IMG/VR virus record: IMGVR_UViG_3300031951_000103
Reading direction: 5' to 3' (one strand)
DNA: 20,000 bases
Source: an uncultured virus (IMG/VR IMGVR_UViG_3300031951_000103)
Lineage: Duplodnaviria > Heunggongvirae > Uroviricota > Caudoviricetes
In this document: positions 8,247 to 16,815 of the stretch, piece after piece
Position numbering within the stretch: the stretch's first letter is position 1
Layout of the letters: each line of letters starts with the position of its first letter
Translations under genes and position numbers: made by a program
The notes under the pieces: model-generated
Databases searched by the model: none
What the model was told of the DNA's origin: nothing
Seen by the model: only the letters and a program-made list of their open reading frames with translations

Positions 8247-9286
8247 TCGGCGCTTCCTGGTGCTTTATATTTTCCAAAAGAATGATTAGGGTGTTTATAT
8301 AAATTGGTGGTTTCATCAATTCCATAAAGTTCTATATCATGTTTGATTTGTTCACATTTTGTCATAAAACTATCTTTGCGAGACACCTGACCATCACGAT
8401 ACTCCATAGTCGGCAAAATGCAAGTATTCTCAAAAGTTGTTTTGCCAAAATGACACAGCTTATTACACATCCATGTTTTTGATAATTTAGGTTTTTTGGT
8501 TCTTTTGATAATTTCGAATTTATTCTTTAACATAGATTCTGTTTCTGTCATATCATTTTTATCAAATAATACCGAAAATGGACCACCATCATTAATAAAA
8601 TATATAGTAAAAATTACGTGATCAAATTCAGGAAAGATATGACTAATAGCATAATGGTATATCATTAACTGAGGATCTTTTTGTAATTTTTCGTGTGTTT
8701 TTTCTTGACCGGTTGCCCAGTCTAATCTTTTGCCTGTTTTCCAGTCTATGACTTCTAATGTTTTGTCATCTACTTTTGTTATTAAATCTATTGTGCCTTT
8801 TAAAGCTAAATTTCCTTTCATGTTTCCTTCAGGAGTGTTAAAATCATATTCTGCCCATTTTTTATTAATAGTAAAATCAAAATGTTGTTCTGGACTTAAT
8901 ATTTGTCGATTTCTTGGATCAAACATACCATTATTAAATTCAATAGCTTTATATGACCATTCTTTACAATCTTTTAGATCTTTGGGGGTCCATTTATGAT
9001 GATCAAATTTGGCGGAATAATATTCATAAACTTTATTTATGATTGAATCCAATGAATAGTTATTAACATTAATTTCTCCAACAACATCATCAATAAAAGT
9101 TGAATTACCATCTTGTTGTTGTTGTTTAATAACTGCTAGTATCTCTAATATCTTATGAACGATGGTTCCCTTATCTGCTTTTTGTCCAGAAGGACCTCTC
9201 CATCCCAATACGTATTCGAGATAGTATTGTTGTTCACACATATTGTGCGTATTAAAAGAACTGCTTCTAAAATATGTTATTATAAT
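8243..9286 (-). CDS. PD-(D/E)XK exonuclease, Cas4/AddB-like
   Basis: 'GTIVHKILE', 'LKGTIDLI', 'VIDWKTG', 'QLMIY', N-terminal Cys and C-terminal 'CNKLC'. The start is extended from ATG 9241 to a proposed ATT at 9286 (see findings). Confidence 0.82.
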   Translation of the reverse strand: MIITYFRSSSFNTHNMCEQQYYLEYVLGWRGPSGQKADKGTIVHKILEILAVIKQQQQDGNSTFIDDVVGEINVNNYSLDSIINKVYEYYSAKFDHHKWTPKDLKDCKEWSYKAIEFNNGMFDPRNRQILSPEQHFDFTINKKWAEYDFNTPEGNMKGNLALKGTIDLITKVDDKTLEVIDWKTGKRLDWATGQEKTHEKLQKDPQLMIYHYAISHIFPEFDHVIFTIYFINDGGPFSVLFDKNDMTETESMLKNKFEIIKRTKKPKLSKTWMCNKLCHFGKTTFENTCILPTMEYRDGQVSRKDSFMTKCEQIKHDIELYGIDETTNLYKHPNHSFGKYKAPGSAE

Positions 9287-9900
9287 GATATTATTCCTTG
9301 TTTAATAAGAAATCTTTTTATAAGATAATTTTTTTGATCTATATTGCAGCCGTCGTTATCAATGATACAACTAAATTTAGTCCAGTCATATTTATCTGGA
9401 TCCAAGGCACATTCTGGTTCAGATATAGACCTAAAGGGGTTTCTTGTTAATCTAACAACATAACCACCGATATCTAATATTGGATCTACTTCATTAGGAA
9501 ATCTATTATCTAACAATAATGCAATGTCTGGTTTATCGTCTTGTATTTTTTTGAGCGTGGTAGTTACCCATATATCGTCCTTCATTTTTCTAAATATTTT
9601 TGTACCAACATATTCCATAACTTCTCTTGCTGTCATGAATCCTTTTAGATTTCCGTTATACCCAAGCATATCTTCCCACCGTATCATGGTAATGGTATTT
9701 TTATCTTCATCGCTACCATAACATTGTTGTTCTGTTAATCCTAATAAATTGATACAAATATCCTTTTTTAATGGATCAGCAAAACTATAGGTTTTAACGC
9801 TGATTGTTGGTTCTATGTCATAGATAAGATTTTTTATGTATTCTCCAGATGTGCTTTTGCCCGATTGTTTTCTTCCAGAAAATGCTATAATTTTAGTCAT
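9280..9900 (-). CDS. Deoxynucleoside monophosphate kinase (phage type)
   Basis: P-loop 'SGRKQSGKST', 'SFADPLK', 'TAREVMEYVGT..FR', 'DNRFPNE' as in T4 gp1-like dNMP kinases. Confidence 0.85.
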   Translation of the reverse strand: MTKIIAFSGRKQSGKSTSGEYIKNLIYDIEPTISVKTYSFADPLKKDICINLLGLTEQQCYGSDEDKNTITMIRWEDMLGYNGNLKGFMTAREVMEYVGTKIFRKMKDDIWVTTTLKKIQDDKPDIALLLDNRFPNEVDPILDIGGYVVRLTRNPFRSISEPECALDPDKYDWTKFSCIIDNDGCNIDQKNYLIKRFLIKQGIISL

Positions 9901-11048
9901 ATTTTACTCTTAATTTCTTCATTTATTTGATCACAAGATAATTCTGCTATATCATTTTTACTAATTCTAATATTGGTTATATTATATGTGTTTTTGCATT
10001 TGTCGTAAATAATTTGTCTAGCTTTTTCACCAGCTTCATCATTATCAGTTATTATAATAATATTCATTGCTCCAGAACCATCCAGTATAATTTTTTGTCT
10101 ATCGCTTAGATTAGAACCAAAAAGAGCCACAGAGTTATGAATGCCACATTCCTCTAGTCTCCATACATTACCAGGACTTTCTACAAGGATAACGCTAGAT
10201 TGTTCCATAATAAAATCTTTCGCATACCAAAAATTATATAAATAATTTTGGCTTTTGAAATCAGCATTATGTTTCCATTTTGGGTATTTCCATGTTTCTT
10301 CTTTGTTTGGACAGATATTGTCTGGATTGTGATAACAGTTGCATGATGAACATTTTTCAAAAATACTACGACCAGTACACCCAACGACATACTTATGATT
10401 TTGGTCATATATAGGAGCTACGGCCCTATTATACATTTCTTTTTCTGGCTTATCACACAATCCCACATCATATTTATCCAATATATTTTTTGAAAAACCC
10501 CTAGAAATAAAATATTCACATGGTATAACCAAAGCATTTCTAGCAATAGGTCTTGTTATTTGGCTTTTAACTAAAACGGTATCTGTTGATACTATGTTTT
10601 TAACTATATTAGCAAATTTTTTCTTTTCTATTTCTGTCTTAGATATTTTAATATTGTGTAATTTATTACCTAAAAATTCTTCGATAAAATCAATAGTTTC
10701 TTTAAAAGATGCTGTGGTGTCTCCATTTTTTTGCCAATTATATTTTTTATTAGAAAGAACACCTCTAATAAATCCTATAATAGATCCTTTAAAAATCTTA
10801 TCACAATTGTGTGTCCTACATTTCCAATTTCCTCTATAACTATCGCCGTCTGGATATAGGTTAAAAGCGCTTTTGTTATCTCCATTATGAATTGGGCATT
10901 CTCCAACTAGCATTTTACCATTGTTTTTTATGGAATCTATTCCTAGTGTATCTAAAAGATTTTCTATATTATCGCACAATGAATCACAAATTACTTTTAA
11001 TTGGTGTTGATTATACGAACGGAATGTTTTGGTCATTTGTTTGTTCAT
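9897..11048 (-). CDS. dnaG: DnaG-like DNA primase (Zn finger plus TOPRIM)
   Basis: 'CPIHNGDN...WKCRTHNC' CHC2-type Zn finger, 'YFISRGF', 'LYNF', TOPRIM 'ILVES' and 'TDNDEAG'. It is adjacent to DnaB. The start is uncertain (ATG 11048 or 11036). Confidence 0.85.
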   Translation of the reverse strand: MNKQMTKTFRSYNQHQLKVICDSLCDNIENLLDTLGIDSIKNNGKMLVGECPIHNGDNKSAFNLYPDGDSYRGNWKCRTHNCDKIFKGSIIGFIRGVLSNKKYNWQKNGDTTASFKETIDFIEEFLGNKLHNIKISKTEIEKKKFANIVKNIVSTDTVLVKSQITRPIARNALVIPCEYFISRGFSKNILDKYDVGLCDKPEKEMYNRAVAPIYDQNHKYVVGCTGRSIFEKCSSCNCYHNPDNICPNKEETWKYPKWKHNADFKSQNYLYNFWYAKDFIMEQSSVILVESPGNVWRLEECGIHNSVALFGSNLSDRQKIILDGSGAMNIIIITDNDEAGEKARQIIYDKCKNTYNITNIRISKNDIAELSCDQINEEIKSKI

Positions 11049-12477
11049 CAATTGAAAACCCATTATTATTTTTATCAATATTATTAGAAATTTCTAGTTT
11101 AGTTCTGCCTTCTGTAATTTTAGCACACCAGCCTTTCATATGACAATTAATATAATCATTGTCATCCAATCCTCCTCCATGTCTACTAATTATTGGAACC
11201 AATTTTCTATTACCTTCATTTGGTCCGTCTTCAGCTATTTCCTCATCACTTTTTCTCTTAAAAATACTAAAATTACTACATAACCAAATAATTCTATCAG
11301 AACCGCTGGCAGAATCAGTGCTTTCTTTTGTAATGCCATCTCTGTTTAATTGAATAAAAGCCAATATTGGTATTTGATATTTGACGGCAAAATTATGAAG
11401 TGCTGTCATCATAAATCCTAATACCTGATATTCTTTCATATCAGAAGATATGCCCGAAGCATCCATGAGCTTTAAATAATCATATATAACAACACAATTT
11501 TTAGCTGTTCCATCATCATTTAATCCAACAGTTTTTATTAACCATCGTTTCATAATAGACAGTTGTTCATCAAACCCCTTACCCGCTATAACTTTATGGT
11601 ATAGTGGTGTATCATTTAAGTCTTTGATAGCTTTTTGAATTTTATTTTTGTTATTCGGGGTATCAGTTGATTTACCTGTTTCTATTTTTTTTATCTCAAT
11701 TTCTGTATGCATCGCCATTAATCTATGGATATGATCCTTTTTACTCATTTCTGTATCCATATTTAAAACTGGAATTTTTAATTTATTTGCTATATAAAAA
11801 CCAATATTATCTGCTAATAATGTTTTACCAGTTTTGGGTCTAGCTCCTATTACATTAACAGTACCACGCCTCAAACCTCCGCCTATTGCTTCGTCATATA
11901 CTGAAAAACCAGTCGGTATTCCGACTTGATCAATCTGATTTTCTGATAAATATTGAATATATTCTTCTAATCCATTACCGATATGTTCTGGTTCATTTTC
12001 TTGATCATTTCCAAGAGATGTTGAAAAATCTAATACAGCATCTTCAGCTATGCTTAAAATAGAAGAAATAGATTCAGAGCCGGTAACATCCAATAAATTG
12101 TCTTGTGTTGATTCTAGTTTAGCGTGTAACAATCTAGCTATTTCAAGTTTTCTTATTTTAGAAGCAAACTTTTTAACATTTTCTTTATTAACTGGAAAAT
12201 CGATAATAGCTTTTAAGTGCTGTGCTTCTTCTTTTCTGGATAATATATCATTAAAACCAAGTTCTTGTGCGGCTGAATATATTGATGGTAAATCTATATT
12301 TTTGGTTGAGTGGCCAGATGAACAAATTAGTTGCATGCATTTAAAAATCATGCTATTACTATCTATAGTAAAAGAGGAAGGCTGTAAAATATCAGCAATT
12401 TCAATATATGTTTCCTCGCCATACTTATATATTCCAGATAGTACAGCTCTTTCGGCAGAAGGGTCAGCTAAAATCAT
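11011..12477 (-). CDS. dnaB: Replicative DNA helicase DnaB
   Basis: 'AERAVL', 'GIPTGF...D...GG', Walker A 'GARPKTGKT', 'DTEMS', 'IYDYL', 'QLNR'. Confidence 0.92.
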   Translation of the reverse strand: MILADPSAERAVLSGIYKYGEETYIEIADILQPSSFTIDSNSMIFKCMQLICSSGHSTKNIDLPSIYSAAQELGFNDILSRKEEAQHLKAIIDFPVNKENVKKFASKIRKLEIARLLHAKLESTQDNLLDVTGSESISSILSIAEDAVLDFSTSLGNDQENEPEHIGNGLEEYIQYLSENQIDQVGIPTGFSVYDEAIGGGLRRGTVNVIGARPKTGKTLLADNIGFYIANKLKIPVLNMDTEMSKKDHIHRLMAMHTEIEIKKIETGKSTDTPNNKNKIQKAIKDLNDTPLYHKVIAGKGFDEQLSIMKRWLIKTVGLNDDGTAKNCVVIYDYLKLMDASGISSDMKEYQVLGFMMTALHNFAVKYQIPILAFIQLNRDGITKESTDSASGSDRIIWLCSNFSIFKRKSDEEIAEDGPNEGNRKLVPIISRHGGGLDDNDYINCHMKGWCAKITEGRTKLEISNNIDKNNNGFSIDEQTNDQNIPFV

Positions 12478-12479
12478 TT

Positions 12480-12866
12480 TTATGCACCAGCGTTAGTTGA
12501 ACAGTTATTGCATTTGTATCTATCGGCAGATTCCGGCAATATCTTTGGGTTAACTTTTTCTTTTTTACCGCATGTTCTACAAGATACATCAATATATTTA
12601 AATGGCCTATTTCTTGGTGTTGGTGGCTGTTGTGCGAGTTTTTTGTCTATTTTTGTGTCAGATTTATGCATATTCATTTCTGGCATAGATAAGAACTTAT
12701 TTTCATGGTCTTCGTCATTTTTTTTGCCTGATTTAGTTTTTTTGGTTTTAATATTATTTTTATTTTTTGATAATTTTTTATTATCTGTTTCATTTTTTGG
12801 CAATAATGCTTGTAATGCGTTTATTAATTGTTGTATTTGTTCTGGACTAGATAAATTAAGATCCAT
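12480..12866 (-). CDS. Hypothetical protein with a C-terminal Zn ribbon
   Basis: Lys-rich N-terminal half, then 'CRTCG...YKCNNC'. Confidence 0.7.
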   Translation of the reverse strand: MDLNLSSPEQIQQLINALQALLPKNETDNKKLSKNKNNIKTKKTKSGKKNDEDHENKFLSMPEMNMHKSDTKIDKKLAQQPPTPRNRPFKYIDVSCRTCGKKEKVNPKILPESADRYKCNNCSTNAGA

Positions 12867-13383
12867 GTTTCACCTTGGTTTTCTGAATTGATAGTAATAT
12901 GTCTGATAAATTTTTAACAGATGATGCTAGGTAAGTTAATCTGTCAGATCTTTGTTTAGCGTATTTCTTTATTTTATTTAAGGCATTGGCTTTGTCATTA
13001 TGTTTAATTGCTTGCGCTGATTTTTCGATATATCCATATCCTTTATAGTTGTTAATTTCGTCAGCAATAGTATCCTTGATACTCTCTTCTGCCCAATTAT
13101 ATCTAGCATTTTCTCTGTTTAAAGTTCTTTGAAGATGAAATGAAAACTGCCCCAGTCTATATGATATCTGGGCACAGTCTTCTGGGCTTAGTTTTTCTAA
13201 TACGTCTCTATTCATTGATAAATACTGACTCAGTTCATTTTCGGGTAATAAAGAAGCATTATATATGGGCAATCCTAGTCCATTTTCATATTCGTCTAAT
13301 ATTTTATCCCAATAATTAATTTGATCGCTTGCTGATGATCCTTTATTTTCTGATTCTTTCTGACCATTCATTTTCTGACTCAT
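12856..13383 (-). CDS. Hypothetical helical protein, possible UvsY-like recombination mediator
   Basis: 175-aa, largely amphipathic-helical ORF located two genes downstream of recA. The start is uncertain and the function is inferred only. Confidence 0.55.
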   Translation of the reverse strand: MSQKMNGQKESENKGSSASDQINYWDKILDEYENGLGLPIYNASLLPENELSQYLSMNRDVLEKLSPEDCAQISYRLGQFSFHLQRTLNRENARYNWAEESIKDTIADEINNYKGYGYIEKSAQAIKHNDKANALNKIKKYAKQRSDRLTYLASSVKNLSDILLSIQKTKVKHGS

Positions 13384-13747
13384 GATAGGGTAATTCTATA
13401 TATTTAATATTATTAATTTCACACCATTCCCTTTTTTCTCTATCTCTTTTTTGTGATTTGAGAAATCCTAATTGGGAATTATGATAAAATCCTACAAATT
13501 TGTAATGCTGTTCGCCATGAACTTCTATTGCTGTTTTTAATATTGGTAAATAAAAATCTAAAAAATAATTATCTGATTTTTTAACAGGAATCGGGACTTC
13601 TTCCAACACTTGCAAAGTAGGATATTGTAATGTTATTAGTTTTCTCGCAAGTAAATGTAATGAAGACTTATTTCCTAGTTTAGCATGAGAGTAATGTCCT
13701 GTCAACTGCCAATTTTGAACAAAACCATCCAATGTTCTTATTTGCAT
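13343..13747 (-). CDS. DUF559/Vsr-like endonuclease
   Basis: 'LDFYLP...AIEVHGEQH...QKRDREKREWC....IKYIELPY'. Confidence 0.78.
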   Translation of the reverse strand: MQIRTLDGFVQNWQLTGHYSHAKLGNKSSLHLLARKLITLQYPTLQVLEEVPIPVKKSDNYFLDFYLPILKTAIEVHGEQHYKFVGFYHNSQLGFLKSQKRDREKREWCEINNIKYIELPYHESENEWSERIRK

Positions 13748-14751
13748 TGTACTCCCATTGTTTGCTTAACATTTTGTTCTAGTTTCATATATTCTGGATT
13801 ATTATCTACAAAATATTGTCTTAGCTTTTCTAAACCTTGAAACTTTTCGCTACCATAGGAATACCAAGCACCACCCTTATTTATTAATCCTATATCAACA
13901 GCAAAATTTAATAATTCTGTATATTTATCAATACCTTGGCCATATCTTATATATGATGTTGTAGAACCCCCTGGAGGCCCTAAAGCCGAACAAACAACTT
14001 GCCACTCTATTTCTTGTCCTATTTGAGAACTATCAGAACTTAATGTCCATGGTTTAAAGCTTTTTGCTCTAAGTTTAATATCTGTTTGATAAGCTATTGC
14101 TTGCCCGCTCTTCTCCTTAAATTCTGCTCCATAGCCTGTTGGATTCCCCATAAGATGAGTAATGCCTATAACTATATTTTTATTAACAGGAATAACGTTA
14201 GCAACTTTTCTACAAAATTTAGCTAATAACTTAGCTCCATCAGCTCTTTGCATTTTATCCATATCACTAGTTATCTCTGCTTCTGTACATAGTGCTGAAT
14301 AAGAGTCAATTATTAGAACGCAACCTGGTATTTCATTAATAATTCTTTCTGCAATTTGCAAATATTCTTCTGCGTGTAATATTTTCCCTTGTTGAGAACC
14401 TATAACATGAAATTTTTGTAAATTTAATCCTGGTATACCTTCTAGATCTCTCTTTTTTAATCTACCTTCGATATTTAGGTAGTACACCTCTCTACCATCT
14501 TTGAAAGAGCTATGTGCATATTCTTTTTTTTGTGCTGTTGCAGAAAAGTCTAAGGATGTTGTTGTTTTACCACATTTTGGTTGACCAGTTAAAACTACGA
14601 AGCTTCCTTCTGGTATGCCTCCGTTAAGCACAATATCTAAAGATGGACTAATTGGTATTACCATAGTTTTCTTATCAACTATAGCATTTCCGTTTAAGAT
14701 AATATCTGAACCAAACTGTTTGGTAACATCATCTTTTAATTTTGTTGTCAT
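13738..14751 (-). CDS. recA: RecA/UvsX-like recombinase
   Basis: 'SLDIVLNGGIPEG', Walker A 'GQPKCGKTT', Walker B 'LIIDSYSAL', C-terminal 'GLINKGGAWYSY....FQG' as in RecA. Confidence 0.9.
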   Translation of the reverse strand: MTTKLKDDVTKQFGSDIILNGNAIVDKKTMVIPISPSLDIVLNGGIPEGSFVVLTGQPKCGKTTTSLDFSATAQKKEYAHSSFKDGREVYYLNIEGRLKKRDLEGIPGLNLQKFHVIGSQQGKILHAEEYLQIAERIINEIPGCVLIIDSYSALCTEAEITSDMDKMQRADGAKLLAKFCRKVANVIPVNKNIVIGITHLMGNPTGYGAEFKEKSGQAIAYQTDIKLRAKSFKPWTLSSDSSQIGQEIEWQVVCSALGPPGGSTTSYIRYGQGIDKYTELLNFAVDIGLINKGGAWYSYGSEKFQGLEKLRQYFVDNNPEYMKLEQNVKQTMGVQCK

Positions 14752-15158
14752 TCTAATTCCTTTAGTTTAGATATTATAGATTTGTTATTATTATAATTTG
14801 TAGTAAATTTTTTATTATTATTTCTATCATATTCTTTTGTAAGTCTTTGATTCTCTTTCTCTATCGATACAGATTCTTGCTCTATGATAGGTATGAGATG
14901 AGGCGCTCGCAATGAATATATTTTTGTTGCTTGTGTAGTTTTTAAAGCACGAATAATAGCCTGTGGATTATATTGTTTGACCAACTTATTTGCAGTGGCT
15001 ATTTGATTTCTATAATACAAAGACCATTCTTTAGAGGTCCAAAATTTAAAATATAAATCTTTTTTTTCTTGTTTGGCTTTATTTTCGCATATCAATTCTG
15101 TAATATATTGAGCAGCTGTGACATATTTTCCATTTGAATATTTAGAAATATATTTCAT
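14748..15158 (-). CDS. Hypothetical protein
   Basis: 136-aa ORF with ATGA overlaps on both sides. Confidence 0.7.
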   Translation of the reverse strand: MKYISKYSNGKYVTAAQYITELICENKAKQEKKDLYFKFWTSKEWSLYYRNQIATANKLVKQYNPQAIIRALKTTQATKIYSLRAPHLIPIIEQESVSIEKENQRLTKEYDRNNNKKFTTNYNNNKSIISKLKELE

Positions 15159-15490
15159 TTTTTCTTGTTTGGTCTATATATTGAATTTCTGGCTGTTCTG
15201 GATATAGTGCTATTTAATTGTTTTTTAAATTCATCATTAACCTCTGATGCTGCTTTTGTCATAATAGCAACATTTTTAGTTCCTTTTACTGAAGTTTCTC
15301 TAATCATCAAATCTTGACTTGTTACTTTAGCTGAGGTTGTTTTTATATTAGGATTTTTTTCTTGTACCCTGGTTGTAATAATTTCTTTAACTATTTTCAT
15401 ACTAATACCTAATTTTTTAGATATCTGTTTTGCTTCTAATCCACTATCTACTAAATAATAAACCGCACATTGTGTTGTAAAATCACTCAT
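15155..15490 (-). CDS. Hypothetical protein with a possible N-terminal HTH
   Basis: 'GLEAKQISKKLGISMKIVKEI' fits an HTH pattern. ATGA overlaps on both sides. Confidence 0.6.
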   Translation of the reverse strand: MSDFTTQCAVYYLVDSGLEAKQISKKLGISMKIVKEIITTRVQEKNPNIKTTSAKVTSQDLMIRETSVKGTKNVAIMTKAASEVNDEFKKQLNSTISRTARNSIYRPNKKK

Positions 15491-15858
15491 GAAAGTTCCC
15501 TTTCTGCATTATTGAGCCACGCGATATTTTTAGATTTTAGAAAATTTAGATACATGTCAAATACTTTTCGATTTACTCTGGTGAAATTATATTCATTTTT
15601 ACCTATCTTGGCCATAAACTTATTTGATTTTCCTTCAGAATATAGACCCATAGGATTATAAATTTTACCATATAAACCGACTTTTAAGAAGTACTGTATC
15701 TCATTATTAATATTTTTCGTATATGCTAATGAATGTTCTTTGTTATTAATTATTGGAAAACCATCTGTGTCTATATAATCTTGTTTTCCTAAAATAGTAT
15801 AATATGTAAAAGATGGTAATATTTCATCTTTTTTAGATATTTGAAATAAATTATCCAT
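15487..15858 (-). CDS. Hypothetical protein
   Basis: 123-aa ORF overlapping both neighbours. Confidence 0.7.
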   Translation of the reverse strand: MDNLFQISKKDEILPSFTYYTILGKQDYIDTDGFPIINNKEHSLAYTKNINNEIQYFLKVGLYGKIYNPMGLYSEGKSNKFMAKIGKNEYNFTRVNRKVFDMYLNFLKSKNIAWLNNAERELS

Positions 15859-16237
15859 TTTGTGTTTTCCTTTTTTGTTTTTTATTAGTATTTTTAGACC
15901 ATTTTGGCTTTGGAGGCTTTTTAATTCTGTTCATTCCGGTAGGTAATTCTTTAGTGCCATGTTCAAATTTATAGGAATTATGTTTTTGGTATAAATGTAT
16001 TTTTTCATCTTCGCTCATTCTATCAGAATTTCTTTTAGCTAAATCTCCTATCGTGTTTAATTCTGAATCAGACTTTCTTATAGATGTACTTTGACTAAGA
16101 ACATCATCCACATATCTTCTATGGGTATCTGATGATTTACACTTTAAACATTTGGGTTGATTTATATAATCTTTAATATAAAAAAATAATTCAAAGTTAT
16201 ATTGACAGTTGTTACAAGAATATGAATATGTTGGCAT
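15851..16237 (-). CDS. FmdB-family zinc-ribbon protein
   Basis: 'MPTYSYSCNNCQYNFE...PKCLKCKS' matches the FmdB MPxYxYxCxxCxxxFE pattern. ATG 16237 forms a TAATG overlap with the HNH gene. Confidence 0.8.
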   Translation of the reverse strand: MPTYSYSCNNCQYNFELFFYIKDYINQPKCLKCKSSDTHRRYVDDVLSQSTSIRKSDSELNTIGDLAKRNSDRMSEDEKIHLYQKHNSYKFEHGTKELPTGMNRIKKPPKPKWSKNTNKKQKRKTQNG

Positions 16238-16815
16238 TATAGATAAGAATCCGGGAGATATAGTATCCATTCAGGTGGAATATCTAGTTTTATCTTAGAC
16301 AAGTGGTTGATCACAGGCAAGTATTTTAGATTTCTACATGGTTTTATTGGTAAATTTATTAGCGGCATATTAGCTTCTTTTGGTGTTCGATTTCCCTTTT
16401 TTCTATTACAATCTGCACAAGCGGTCACTATATTAGTCCAACAAGTTGGTGATAGTTTTTTATTTGTCCATTTAGATTTAGGTATAACATGATCATATGT
16501 TAAATTATCAATATTTTGTTTTTTATTACAATATTGACATGTAAAATTATCTCTAGTAAAAATATTTTTTCTAGAAAATGTTACTGTATGATTATTTAAT
16601 TTGAAAAATCTATTAGTTTTAGCTACTGCTGGTATAGGATATTTTTTATTTACTCCATTAATATGATCATTTTTATAGAAATCTATAATTTCAATTGAAT
16701 ATTTTGGATTGTTATTAAATCTCATAGACCATATTATTGCCTTTTGCCAAGAAATAATTCCTAATGGAGTATAATCTGCATTAAGCAATAAGCATTGTTT
16801 ATGGTTTTGTTGCAT
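16237..16815 (-). CDS. HNH endonuclease (McrA-like)
   Basis: 'LLLNADY.P', 'SRKNIFTRDNFTCQYC', 'TYDHVIPKS', 'WTNIVTACADCNRKKG.RTP.EA'. Confidence 0.9.
   Translation of the reverse strand: MQQNHKQCLLLNADYTPLGIISWQKAIIWSMRFNNNPKYSIEIIDFYKNDHINGVNKKYPIPAVAKTNRFFKLNNHTVTFSRKNIFTRDNFTCQYCNKKQNIDNLTYDHVIPKSKWTNKKLSPTCWTNIVTACADCNRKKGNRTPKEANMPLINLPIKPCRNLKYLPVINHLSKIKLDIPPEWILYLPDSYL

Noticed and set aside
8243..9286. CRISPR-Cas locus suggested by the Cas4-like gene
   Set aside because: No repeat-spacer array or other cas gene is seen, and there is almost no intergenic DNA.
16237..16815. Mobile homing endonuclease or intron
   Set aside because: It is a free-standing McrA-like HNH gene overlapping both neighbours and interrupting no gene.
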